DNA from: Escherichia phage BEK2-2
Sequence record: MN158213.1
DNA length: 44,021 bases
Direction: 5' to 3' (one strand)
This document shows, one piece after another, positions 36,403 to 44,021 of this stretch. Both the position numbers and the translations under genes were made by a program. The notes under the pieces are model-generated. The model saw only the letters and a list, made by a program, of their open reading frames with translations, did not search any database and was not told the DNA's origin. Every line of letters begins with the position of its first letter. Position 1 is the stretch's first letter.

Positions 36403-37489
36403 TCAATATATGGCGGATCGAATGATTCGCCGTCACATCTTCACCCAGCGCCTGAGCAATGACCAGGCGCGACGGGTGCTGGCTATGTGGGAGAAGTTCC
36501 GGCCCACTTTACTTGGTAAGCTGACCGAGTTACTTGATGGCAAAAAGTCCATGAGCAACAAGGCACTTACCACACTGTTAACTCAAATCGACAAGACCGT
36601 CAAAACGGAACTGCGCGCAGAGTTTAAAGTGCTGGCGGAGAGCCTTCAGGAGTTCGCCGACACCGAGGCTGATTATCTCGCGGACACATTAACGGCAGCG
36701 ATCCAGCCCGCGGTCGCTGTGCCTGCGGTCGAAGTAGTGGGCGTTGTGACCGGCGCGCAGATTGCCGCGACTGCAATGAAAAACCCGTTCCAGGGGAACA
36801 CCATGATGCAATGGCCTGATTCACTTTCAGAGTGGACCAGGACGCAGATCGGCAATCAGGTGCGCGCTGGATTCATCCAGGGCAAGCCGACTATGGAAAT
36901 TATTGCGGACGTGAGGCGCGCGCTAGGCGGTCGTAGTGCGCAAGCAATCTCAAGCGTTGTTAAGTCCGCAGTCAACCACTATGCGGCGACCGCCCGCGAA
37001 CTAATGGTAAAAGCAAATGACGATATTCTCGAAGGTCGCCAATGGTTATCTACATTGGACACGCATACTTCTCCCATGTGCCAGCTACGCGATCGCCTGT
37101 TTTATCCGGTTGATGTTACTCCCGACACCAAAGGCAAGCGCGGCGGGAAAGTGGTGGCGGGATCACAATATGGCGCTGGTCCGGGCAAGTTGCATTATTG
37201 CTGCCGGTCGACGGAGACGTGGAAAGTCAAAGGTATGGAAGATTGGCCCAGTGGTAAGCGTCCGGCACTGAAGGCTGACGCGGGCCGTTTACTGAGTGAG
37301 CAGGTCGACGCGCAGACTGATTTCTTCTCATGGGTGCAGCGCCAGCCGCGCCATATCCTGGAAGAATTATACGGGGTGCAGCGCGCGGACCAGATTATGC
37401 GCGGCGTGAAAGTGCCGAAGATGTTCACCGACACCGGCGAACTAATGACGATTGCGCAGCTTAAAAATCGGGGGTTATGGCGTGATTAA
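36386..37489 (+). CDS. Head morphogenesis protein (SPP1 gp7 / Mu F-like)
   Basis: 367 aa gene directly after portal. Confidence 0.6.
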   Translation: MAKTINQYMADRMIRRHIFTQRLSNDQARRVLAMWEKFRPTLLGKLTELLDGKKSMSNKALTTLLTQIDKTVKTELRAEFKVLAESLQEFADTEADYLADTLTAAIQPAVAVPAVEVVGVVTGAQIAATAMKNPFQGNTMMQWPDSLSEWTRTQIGNQVRAGFIQGKPTMEIIADVRRALGGRSAQAISSVVKSAVNHYAATARELMVKANDDILEGRQWLSTLDTHTSPMCQLRDRLFYPVDVTPDTKGKRGGKVVAGSQYGAGPGKLHYCCRSTETWKVKGMEDWPSGKRPALKADAGRLLSEQVDAQTDFFSWVQRQPRHILEELYGVQRADQIMRGVKVPKMFTDTGELMTIAQLKNRGLWRD

Positions 37490-37790
37490 ATACGCAGCGA
37501 TCGGGTTGGTTATCGGCCTGGCGGTTGGCTTCTGGCTGGGTGATTCCTACCGTGCAGGTGTTGAGGCGAGAGCGGCGCAAGAAGCGCAAGCGAAAGCCCA
37601 ACGGCAGCAAACTAAGGTCGTCGAGGGGTCTGTGCAGGCAGAACAGGCCCGCGATGTGGAATACAGGACTATCACGAAAGAGGTTGTGAAATATGTTACG
37701 CGTCCTAACCGTACTGATTGCCGTTTTGATGATGAGCGCGTGCGGATCAAGCAAAGGGCCATCGATGCCGCTAACCGAGTCGGTCTATAG
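37482..37790 (+). CDS. Putative i-spanin (Rz-like)
   Basis: N-terminal transmembrane segment AAIGLVIGLAVGFWLG then charged helical region; GTG start with GGGGG site; contains the overlapping lipoprotein gene. Confidence 0.5.
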   Translation: MIKYAAIGLVIGLAVGFWLGDSYRAGVEARAAQEAQAKAQRQQTKVVEGSVQAEQARDVEYRTITKEVVKYVTRPNRTDCRFDDERVRIKQRAIDAANRVGL

Positions 37791-37923
37791 ACCTCCTTGC
37801 ACCTTTGAGAATGCCTCGGCAGATCCAGACGAAGACTTGCTGGTTGATGTTAAGAATATGGAGTGTGGTGCTAAGCTAAGGGCGCAAGTGCTGGAGTTGC
37901 AGAAAATAATTCGGGGGCCGTGA
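37693..37923 (+). CDS. Putative o-spanin (Rz1-like outer-membrane lipoprotein)
   Basis: Signal peptide with lipobox LMMSAC; short product; starts inside the Rz-like gene in another frame. Confidence 0.55.
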   Translation: MLRVLTVLIAVLMMSACGSSKGPSMPLTESVYRPPCTFENASADPDEDLLVDVKNMECGAKLRAQVLELQKIIRGP

Positions 37924-37936
37924 TGGCCCCCTTTTT
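37912..37936. terminator. Intrinsic terminator between convergent genes (bidirectional candidate)
   Basis: Hairpin cgggggccgtgatggccccc followed by TTTTT. Confidence 0.6.
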
Positions 37937-37937
37937 G

Positions 37938-38702
37938 TTAGCGCGGAATACCGCAGATTTCGTTTAACGTCTTCACATCCAGCGCCACCGCCGTGGATTT
38001 AGGCTTGTCCTGGTATGGAATGAATTGCTCAACTTCAGGCCATGCCTTAATCAGCTTCTTGTCAGTATTGTGCAGGTCCAGCACACCGGTAACGGTGAGT
38101 TTGAACGCATCATACTTCGCGCGCAACTCGCGACGGGCCTTGTCGTTGCGGTCCAGGCGCTTACAGAAGTCATGGTCCGCCGGGTAGTCTACGCGACCGC
38201 GTGGCATATATATCGGCAGCGCTTTTCCGTCATCGTCCAATTCGCACACTGACGCTAACAAAATTTCCTCATACCCTGGCACAATATCGCCGAGATCGGG
38301 AGACAGCTTATTCATGTATTTATATTCCCAGTATCCGCGATGTACTCGGAATCGGTGTCCGTCTCCGCTCAATGACACGGTACGGACGTTTCCGCCGGCG
38401 TTGATTTCGAAAGTGGCATCATAAACGCGGCCGATACCATACGGGCGGTCAGCGTTATAACTATACGTCGCCTTGTTGGTGTATACGCTTACTCCGTACA
38501 TCTGCGACGGGTCATCGCAGATTGCTTTAATGCGCGCGAGTAGCTCGGCGAAAGTGCGAATGCCTTCCGGCATACAGTCCAGCGTAATGGCGTACGCCAG
38601 GTCGCGCGAGTCCATCATGATGGATTTGGCTTCGGTCGCGATTTCGTGGTCGCGCAGGATGTTAGCCAGAATCTGGTTTTTAATGTCTTTCGTCAGTCTC
38701 AT
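37938..38702 (-). CDS. Hypothetical protein, reverse-oriented accessory gene inside the head module
   Basis: 254 aa ORF on the opposite strand to all flanking structural genes; no recognisable motif. Confidence 0.55.
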   Translation of the reverse strand: MRLTKDIKNQILANILRDHEIATEAKSIMMDSRDLAYAITLDCMPEGIRTFAELLARIKAICDDPSQMYGVSVYTNKATYSYNADRPYGIGRVYDATFEINAGGNVRTVSLSGDGHRFRVHRGYWEYKYMNKLSPDLGDIVPGYEEILLASVCELDDDGKALPIYMPRGRVDYPADHDFCKRLDRNDKARRELRAKYDAFKLTVTGVLDLHNTDKKLIKAWPEVEQFIPYQDKPKSTAVALDVKTLNEICGIPR

Positions 38703-38741
38703 TTGTGTGTCCTCGTTGTTGGGGCTTTCGCCCCGTTTGGA

Positions 38742-39056
38742 TTAGTTAAACTTGATGTCTCCACCGGCGGAAGTTAAGCGAGCGCATACAGCTTCAACGG
38801 CATCAACGCACATGAAATCGTTAAAGGCTTTGACCAGGGCGTTGATGAAAGATGCCGGAACCAGACCGCAAGCCGGATTATCAAAGGTCGCGGAATTGAT
38901 TGCAGCCTTCGCTGCTTCATTAGCGTTCATGCTCTGGCACAGATTCAGAGCTTCGGCGTTACGCATTGCGTGAAAGGTGAAGGTATTGGCTACGGTAGCT
39001 TTATTGAAACGGGTCATTGCTACGTCTACTGGAGTTACTACGGTCATGTTAGTCAT
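38742..39056 (-). CDS. Hypothetical protein, first gene of the reverse accessory cassette
   Basis: Start placed at MTNMTVV with AAGGA site (ORF track extends to 39107). Confidence 0.5.
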   Translation of the reverse strand: MTNMTVVTPVDVAMTRFNKATVANTFTFHAMRNAEALNLCQSMNANEAAKAAINSATFDNPACGLVPASFINALVKAFNDFMCVDAVEAVCARLTSAGGDIKFN

Positions 39057-39077
39057 TTTGTTTTCCTTCATATCTCT

Positions 39078-39120
39078 GTCGGTGTGCAACCAATATATTG
39101 CAACCAATACACGGATTGCA
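39078..39120. promoter_or_regulatory. Divergent control region with two TGCAACCAAT motifs
   Basis: gtgTGCAACCAATatatTGCAACCAATacacggattgcaagc read directly between the reverse cassette and the scaffold gene. Confidence 0.45.
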
Positions 39121-39211
39121 AGCTAATTTTGCGATTATTTTTATCACTGATAATATTAGAGGCGTGAAGTCGAGCGGGTGGCCCGCTCTGCCACAATCCC
39201 AGGGGGATAGC

Positions 39212-39913
39212 ATGAAACTTACTAAAGCAGAATATGACGCGTTGCCGGAAGGTATGAAGGCGCTTTTTGTTGCCGATGGCGACGGGTATAAATCAACGTT
39301 CATGACCGCTGAAGAAGTACAGGCGGAAATCAAGGGTCTGAAAGACAACAACGCGAAGCTGGTGAGCGAGAAGAAAGCAGAAGCCGAACGCCGCGCCGAA
39401 GCTGAGCGCCTTGCGAAAGAGAAAGAGGAAGCCGCCGCGCGCAAAAATGGCGACCTCGAAGCGATCGATAAGTCCTGGAAAGATAAGTTTGCGAAACACG
39501 AAGCAGACACATCGGGGAAAATCGAAGCCTACCGCAAGCAGATCCACGATCTCACCATCGGCAGCGCTGCCAAAGACCTGGCGTCGAAGCTGTTCGGTAA
39601 GAATGCGGGCATCATGCAACGCCACGTAATGGACCGCCTGACGCTGGAAGACGGCGAAGACGGCAGCTTGAAAGTGCGTGTCTTGCAGGATGGCAAACCG
39701 TCCGCGCTGACTATGGAAGAGCTTGAAAAAGAGTTCCGTAATAACGCCGATTTTGCATCCGTCCTGGCTGGCACGCCAGCAGGCGGCGCTCCTAGCAAAC
39801 CGACGCAGGTTGTCGAAGATGTGAAGTCTAAAATTACTATGGGCCATAGCTTCGGTATCACCGATCTCACCAAACAGGCCGGGGATATCATCGCTAAAAT
39901 GGGCGACGAGTAA
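39212..39913 (+). CDS. Capsid scaffolding protein
   Basis: Coiled-coil Glu/Lys/Ala-rich protein upstream of the major capsid gene; start placed at MKLTKAEYD with GGGGGA site (ORF track begins at 39098). Confidence 0.6.
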   Translation: MKLTKAEYDALPEGMKALFVADGDGYKSTFMTAEEVQAEIKGLKDNNAKLVSEKKAEAERRAEAERLAKEKEEAAARKNGDLEAIDKSWKDKFAKHEADTSGKIEAYRKQIHDLTIGSAAKDLASKLFGKNAGIMQRHVMDRLTLEDGEDGSLKVRVLQDGKPSALTMEELEKEFRNNADFASVLAGTPAGGAPSKPTQVVEDVKSKITMGHSFGITDLTKQAGDIIAKMGDE

Positions 39914-40010
39914 GCAGATTGCCCGCTTTCGCGGGCAATTTTGCGAGCGCGTAAAACTAAGGTAACATTAACGTCACTGGGCGAATGCTCACAACTCAAA
40001 GGATTTAGAT

Positions 40011-41111
40011 ATGTCTTTAACAGTGTTCCAGCGTAAACTCGTTACCGCGGTTACGCAAATGATCCCCGACAACCTGAACGTATTCAACGCTGCCGCCAAT
40101 GGCGCTGTTGTTCTCGGTACTGGTGAAGTGCTGAAGGACGTTGTAGAAAAAATGTCCGTAGGCTTGATCGCCAACCTCGTTACCGACCGTAACGCCTATG
40201 CCCCTGTAGGTACTCCGGCGACCGCAAAAGTGCTGGCGCGTATGCTGACCAACTCCGTTAACCTTTCCGCTAAAGTGGGTCCGGTGGCAATCACTAAGGC
40301 CATGATGGCTAAGATCGAAACCAACGTTAACAGCGTTGCGGCTGAGATTGCGGCACAGGCCACGCAAGCGATTATGCTGCATTACCTGAAAGCGGGTATC
40401 GGTGCGGGTAAAGCGGCGATCGAGAGCAACAACAACGCGGTATACACCCAACCGGCGCGCGTCGATGGCGTTGGCGGTCGTACCTTCCCGACCCTGGCTG
40501 ACTTCCCTCTGGCGGCTTCTAAGTTCGGCGATCAGGCGTCTTTGATTAAGTCCTGGTTTATGGACGGCGTTACCTGGGCAAACTTCATCGCGTACCAGGC
40601 GCTCCCTTCCGCTGAACAGGTATTCGCAATTGGCGATCTTCAGGTAATGGGTGATGGCCTGGGCCGTCGTTTCATTATCTCCGATGCCGCTGCCGATGCT
40701 ATGGGTGCTGGTAAAATGCTTGGTCTGGTACCGGGTGCGGTTGCAGTTACCACCAACGGCCTCGATATGCTGGCGCAGGAAAAAGGCGGCAACGAGAACA
40801 TCGAACGCTGGTGGCAGGGCGAGTTCGACTTCAACGTGGCGGTTAAAGGCTACCGTCTGAAGGCGTCCGCTCGTACCCCGATCGAAGGCATTCGCTCGTT
40901 CAAGCTGTCAGATATCACCACTAAGGACAACTGGGAGCTTGACCAGGGCCAGGTAGACAACGCACCGGCAACCGTGCAGGACGTTGGCGCTGTTGGTGAT
41001 GGCGATACTAAAGGCCGTCGTAAGACCCAGGCCGCACAGGAAGTGCCGACCCGTCACATCAAGGAAACGGCGGGCGTGCTGGTTACGCTGACTGCGACCA
41101 AAGCGTCCTGA
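40011..41111 (+). CDS. Major capsid protein
   Basis: 366 aa after scaffold with a strong terminator downstream; Ala/Gly/Val-rich. Confidence 0.82.
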   Translation: MSLTVFQRKLVTAVTQMIPDNLNVFNAAANGAVVLGTGEVLKDVVEKMSVGLIANLVTDRNAYAPVGTPATAKVLARMLTNSVNLSAKVGPVAITKAMMAKIETNVNSVAAEIAAQATQAIMLHYLKAGIGAGKAAIESNNNAVYTQPARVDGVGGRTFPTLADFPLAASKFGDQASLIKSWFMDGVTWANFIAYQALPSAEQVFAIGDLQVMGDGLGRRFIISDAAADAMGAGKMLGLVPGAVAVTTNGLDMLAQEKGGNENIERWWQGEFDFNVAVKGYRLKASARTPIEGIRSFKLSDITTKDNWELDQGQVDNAPATVQDVGAVGDGDTKGRRKTQAAQEVPTRHIKETAGVLVTLTATKAS

Positions 41112-41129
41112 TCTACGCACATCCCAAAT

Positions 41130-41156
41130 GGGCGGGCTTATGCCCGCCTTTTTTAT
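41130..41156 (+). terminator. Intrinsic terminator after the major capsid gene
   Basis: Hairpin gggcgggcttatgcccgcc followed by TTTTTT. Confidence 0.6.
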
Positions 41157-41169
41157 AGGAGCAAATAAG

Positions 41170-41670
41170 ATGTATGGCGACCCGCAAACCTTTGTCGATT
41201 ATGCCGCTGCGCGAGGCGTTGAAATTACGCTGGGCGATGCAACGCGACACCTTACCATCGTTAATGACTTCCTTAACGGCATCAACTGGATCGGCGAACA
41301 AGCGGACCAGACAGGAATCGACGCATGGCCCCGCATCAATTACCTATCGGACGGTAAGCCGGTGCGCGACACGCTAACCGAAGTCGTGGCGGTAGTGCCT
41401 GCCGGGCAAATCGTAGACTTTGCATCAATCCCCGTTGCCGTTGAGCAAGCTGTTTACCGGCTGGCGCTGTTGGTGGCGGACGAGATCGATATTTCTCCGG
41501 TCGGCGATGGTAAAGAGACTATCCGCGAAACGGTCGGCCCGATAACGATGGAATATGACCCTGCGACGATTGGTAGCGGTGTCTCGTTCCCGTGGTGGGA
41601 TGGCTTGCTGGGCCACTGGATTGACACAGACGGCAACGCAGCGGGTAATTTTGACGTATTCCGGGGGTGA
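41170..41670 (+). CDS. Putative head completion / head-tail connector protein (lambda FI/W position)
   Basis: Synteny only; start placed at MYGDPQTF with AGGAG site (ORF track begins at 41128). Confidence 0.4.
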   Translation: MYGDPQTFVDYAAARGVEITLGDATRHLTIVNDFLNGINWIGEQADQTGIDAWPRINYLSDGKPVRDTLTEVVAVVPAGQIVDFASIPVAVEQAVYRLALLVADEIDISPVGDGKETIRETVGPITMEYDPATIGSGVSFPWWDGLLGHWIDTDGNAAGNFDVFRG

Positions 41671-41774
41671 TATGAATCCTGCATTACTGGCGGCTATTTT
41701 AGCCGCAAATACTAAACGTCAACCGGAACCTGAACCAGAGCCAGAACCGGAACCACCGGTACAGGAGGATGAAA

Positions 41775-42128
41775 ATGGCTGGCTTTAATTACGCGGGCTT
41801 AAAGCGGAAAGTCAATCCGCTGATTAAAAAGTACGGCATGACGGCTACGGTGACGCGTCCTGGTACAGTCGACCGCGTAGACGGCGACGAAGTGGTCATC
41901 CCTCCGACCTCGTTTGACGTCATCGGACTTCGTGAGGAGTACAAGCCAAGCGAGATCGACGGGACGCGTATCGTTGCCGGAGATGTGAAGTTTTTATGTC
42001 GGGCTGTCACGCAGGTCAAGGTCGGGGATTTGATTAGCCTGAACGGCACGGACTACCGGGTCGTCAACCCTAACCCACTGCAACCGGCTGGCACTACCAT
42101 GCTGTTTCAACTACAGCTAAGGGGCTAA
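41775..42128 (+). CDS. Head-tail joining protein (lambda FII position)
   Basis: 117 aa with AGGAGG site; order and size match lambda FII. Confidence 0.5.
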   Translation: MAGFNYAGLKRKVNPLIKKYGMTATVTRPGTVDRVDGDEVVIPPTSFDVIGLREEYKPSEIDGTRIVAGDVKFLCRAVTQVKVGDLISLNGTDYRVVNPNPLQPAGTTMLFQLQLRG

Positions 42129-42129
42129 C

Positions 42130-42723
42130 GTGGCTGAAGTCTACTCGTTCGCCGCCACTATTGCTACGTGGGTGGATAAGACGAAGGAGAACAACGACAA
42201 GGCGGTGCGGGCGTACGGTATGCAAATACTCGGACGCCTGATCGAGATCTCCCCAGTGGGCGACCCCCGCCGGTGGAAAATTAACAGGGCTTACGCGCTC
42301 GCCCGCCAGCACGCAAACAAGGTGAACGCCGCACAGCGTCGCAAGAATGGCGGCAAACTGAAGCGTGGGCAGAAGAAGCACGCAAGTGTGCTGGTATCGT
42401 TCAAGACTAAAAACGGCAATGTAACATTCCGCCAGCGTGGCTGGGCCGCGAAGAATTACACCGGCGGGCGCTTCCGTGGTAACTGGCAGGTGACGTTCGA
42501 CCGCCCGGCTGTTGGCGCTATTGACCGCGTGGACAAGGCCGGAACGGCAACATTAGCCGCTGGGCGTGAAGTGTTGGCGCACTATGATTCGAGTGAATAC
42601 GGGTCGATCTGGTTTACTAACAACGTGCCATACGCGCAGCGACTTGAGTATGGCTGGAGTAAACAAGCGCCAGCGGGGATTGTTCGCGTCGTAGCGGCAG
42701 AAATTAATTCGAAGGTGAAATAA
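42130..42723 (+). CDS. Tail completion protein (lambda Z position)
   Basis: 197 aa; order and size match lambda Z (192 aa). Confidence 0.5.
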   Translation: MAEVYSFAATIATWVDKTKENNDKAVRAYGMQILGRLIEISPVGDPRRWKINRAYALARQHANKVNAAQRRKNGGKLKRGQKKHASVLVSFKTKNGNVTFRQRGWAAKNYTGGRFRGNWQVTFDRPAVGAIDRVDKAGTATLAAGREVLAHYDSSEYGSIWFTNNVPYAQRLEYGWSKQAPAGIVRVVAAEINSKVK

Positions 42724-43145
42724 TGAGCAATACCGCAATCCGCAAAGCGCTTAACAGCGTGGTTGAAGAGTTATCGACAAGCCTGAGCACAAGCCAGCGT
42801 CCGATTAGGGTTAACTGGGAGAACGTGAGCGGCGACCACGCAAACGGCAGCGGTGTCTACCTGGAGCCGTACCTGCTACCGGCCCCGACCCAGTTTGTGG
42901 GCTTACAGCAGAAGGGTCGGATCTATGCTGGCGTATATCAGGTTGCCGTGGTGTTTCCCGCAGGAACTGGAACACAGTACGCGAGCGAACTGGCGGACGC
43001 CATCGCTACGTCTGATAAGTGGCTGGCGGTGAAGATTTCCGGTGCGTCATTTCAGCTTCAGGACGCGCCATACACCAGTTCAGTGATTGAAGACGTTGAT
43101 CGCGCCCGCATCGTGGTTACAGTACCCTACACCTGTTGCGCCTGA
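42723..43145 (+). CDS. Tail terminator protein (lambda U position)
   Basis: 140 aa; order and size match lambda U (131 aa). Confidence 0.5.
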   Translation: MSNTAIRKALNSVVEELSTSLSTSQRPIRVNWENVSGDHANGSGVYLEPYLLPAPTQFVGLQQKGRIYAGVYQVAVVFPAGTGTQYASELADAIATSDKWLAVKISGASFQLQDAPYTSSVIEDVDRARIVVTVPYTCCA

Positions 43146-43206
43146 TTTGGCGCTATTCTGCGCGTGCTGTATCATTAAACCGTATATCTAAACAGGAGCG
43201 TTCATT

Positions 43207-43932
43207 ATGGGTTATCAACTTCCTAACGGGTCTAGCGTCCAGATTGGGTCCGTACTGGGCAACGGTATCGCTGTTACGGCAGCTACCAACGCCGCCGCGT
43301 CGATCTCTGATCTTACGAAAGGTTGCGTTATCACCTGCGCGGCTTCTCATGGCCTGCAAGTTGGTGACGTGGTTATGTTCACTAAAACCCCGTGGGTACG
43401 TGCGCTGAACCGCGCGTTTATCGTGGGTAAAGTGGCGACTAACGACGTTACACTGGCGCGCTTCGACACCTCGGACGTTACCAAATATCCTACCGGTGCT
43501 TTCGGCGTAGGCACACCAGGCGAGGTGGTGAAGGTGTCGAGCTTTATCGACTTCCCGTTTATCACTAACGTCGCCGTGTCTGGTGGCGACCAGCAGACTA
43601 CTACCTTCCAGCCGTTGCAGGTGAATACCGCGATCAGTCTGAACACCACGAAAAACCCGTTGGTCCAGACCTACACTTTCACCCACGACGAAGAAGACCC
43701 GATCCGCCCGATTCTGGAAGACCTGGACGACACACAGAAAACCACTGTGATTAAGTTCACCAACCCGGCAGCGGCAAGCGGCAAAGGTGAGATCCGCATT
43801 TACCCGGCTAAGGTGTCTTTCCAGAAGATTCCATCTGCTGAAGTAAACAACGTGGAGACGGTGGAGTCCACCCTCACTATGCAGTCAGATATGGTTATTT
43901 ACCGTAAGGATTTGGTCGAGGCGCTGTCGTAA
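43207..43932 (+). CDS. Major tail protein (lambda V position)
   Basis: 241 aa, beta-rich; after the U-like gene and before a terminator-like attenuator. Confidence 0.72.
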   Translation: MGYQLPNGSSVQIGSVLGNGIAVTAATNAAASISDLTKGCVITCAASHGLQVGDVVMFTKTPWVRALNRAFIVGKVATNDVTLARFDTSDVTKYPTGAFGVGTPGEVVKVSSFIDFPFITNVAVSGGDQQTTTFQPLQVNTAISLNTTKNPLVQTYTFTHDEEDPIRPILEDLDDTQKTTVIKFTNPAAASGKGEIRIYPAKVSFQKIPSAEVNNVETVESTLTMQSDMVIYRKDLVEALS

Positions 43933-43962
43933 TTTGGTCGCTTAAATAGCGGGTGTTAATAT

Positions 43963-43989
43963 GGGGCCAGTACGGCCCCTTTTTATTGG
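43963..43989 (+). terminator. Hairpin plus T-run after the major tail gene (attenuator)
   Basis: ggggccagtacggcccc followed by TTTTTATT. Confidence 0.5.
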
Positions 43990-44000
43990 AGAATTACATA

Positions 44001-44021
44001 ATGGCTAAATCACCACTCTTC
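44001..44021 (+). CDS. 5' end of a gene truncated by the window edge (tail assembly chaperone by position)
   Basis: ATG with GGAGAA site at 44001; only 7 codons in the window. Confidence 0.3.

Noticed and set aside
1-44021. tRNA, rRNA, integrase or repressor genes, or an att site marking a prophage boundary
   Set aside because: No cloverleaf-like tRNA candidates were seen in intergenic regions, no integrase/recombinase or CI-like ORF is present, and the gene content is continuous phage modules; an integrated prophage with host flanks is therefore not supported.

Overview
The whole 44 kb window reads as a nearly complete genome of a tailed, probably virulent, phage; it is not bacterial chromosome, and no integrase, excisionase or CI-type repressor was recognised. 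All calls below come from reading the supplied ORF translations and the DNA by eye; no database search was run. Layout: (1) a lambda-like tail module on the + strand (tape measure, M/L/K/I/J-like tail-tip genes, tail fibre) at 448-12480; (2) a long leftward replication and DNA-metabolism module on the - strand at 12507-24553 (family A DNA polymerase, SNF2 helicase, RecB/Cas4-like nuclease, DUF2815-like SSB, VRR-NUC, Dam, a short C5-methyltransferase-like protein, HAD phosphatase); (3) a rightward early module (HTH protein, primase/helicase) followed by a ~540 bp repeat-dense non-coding region that looks like an origin; (4) small early genes and a holin/lysozyme cassette; (5) packaging and head genes (TerS, TerL, portal, head morphogenesis, scaffold, major capsid) and lambda FII/Z/U/V-like head-tail and major tail genes up to the window end. 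The most unusual signals are a duplicated GGGACA-iteron plus identical 54 bp hairpin module at two loci about 27.5 kb apart, a recurrent TGCAACCAAT motif in at least ten intergenic regions, two reverse-oriented accessory cassettes embedded in the structural modules, an HTH-metallophosphoesterase fusion, and an extremely acidic repeat protein as first gene of the leftward early operon. Family placement (Jersey-like or T1-like siphovirus) is a low-confidence guess.
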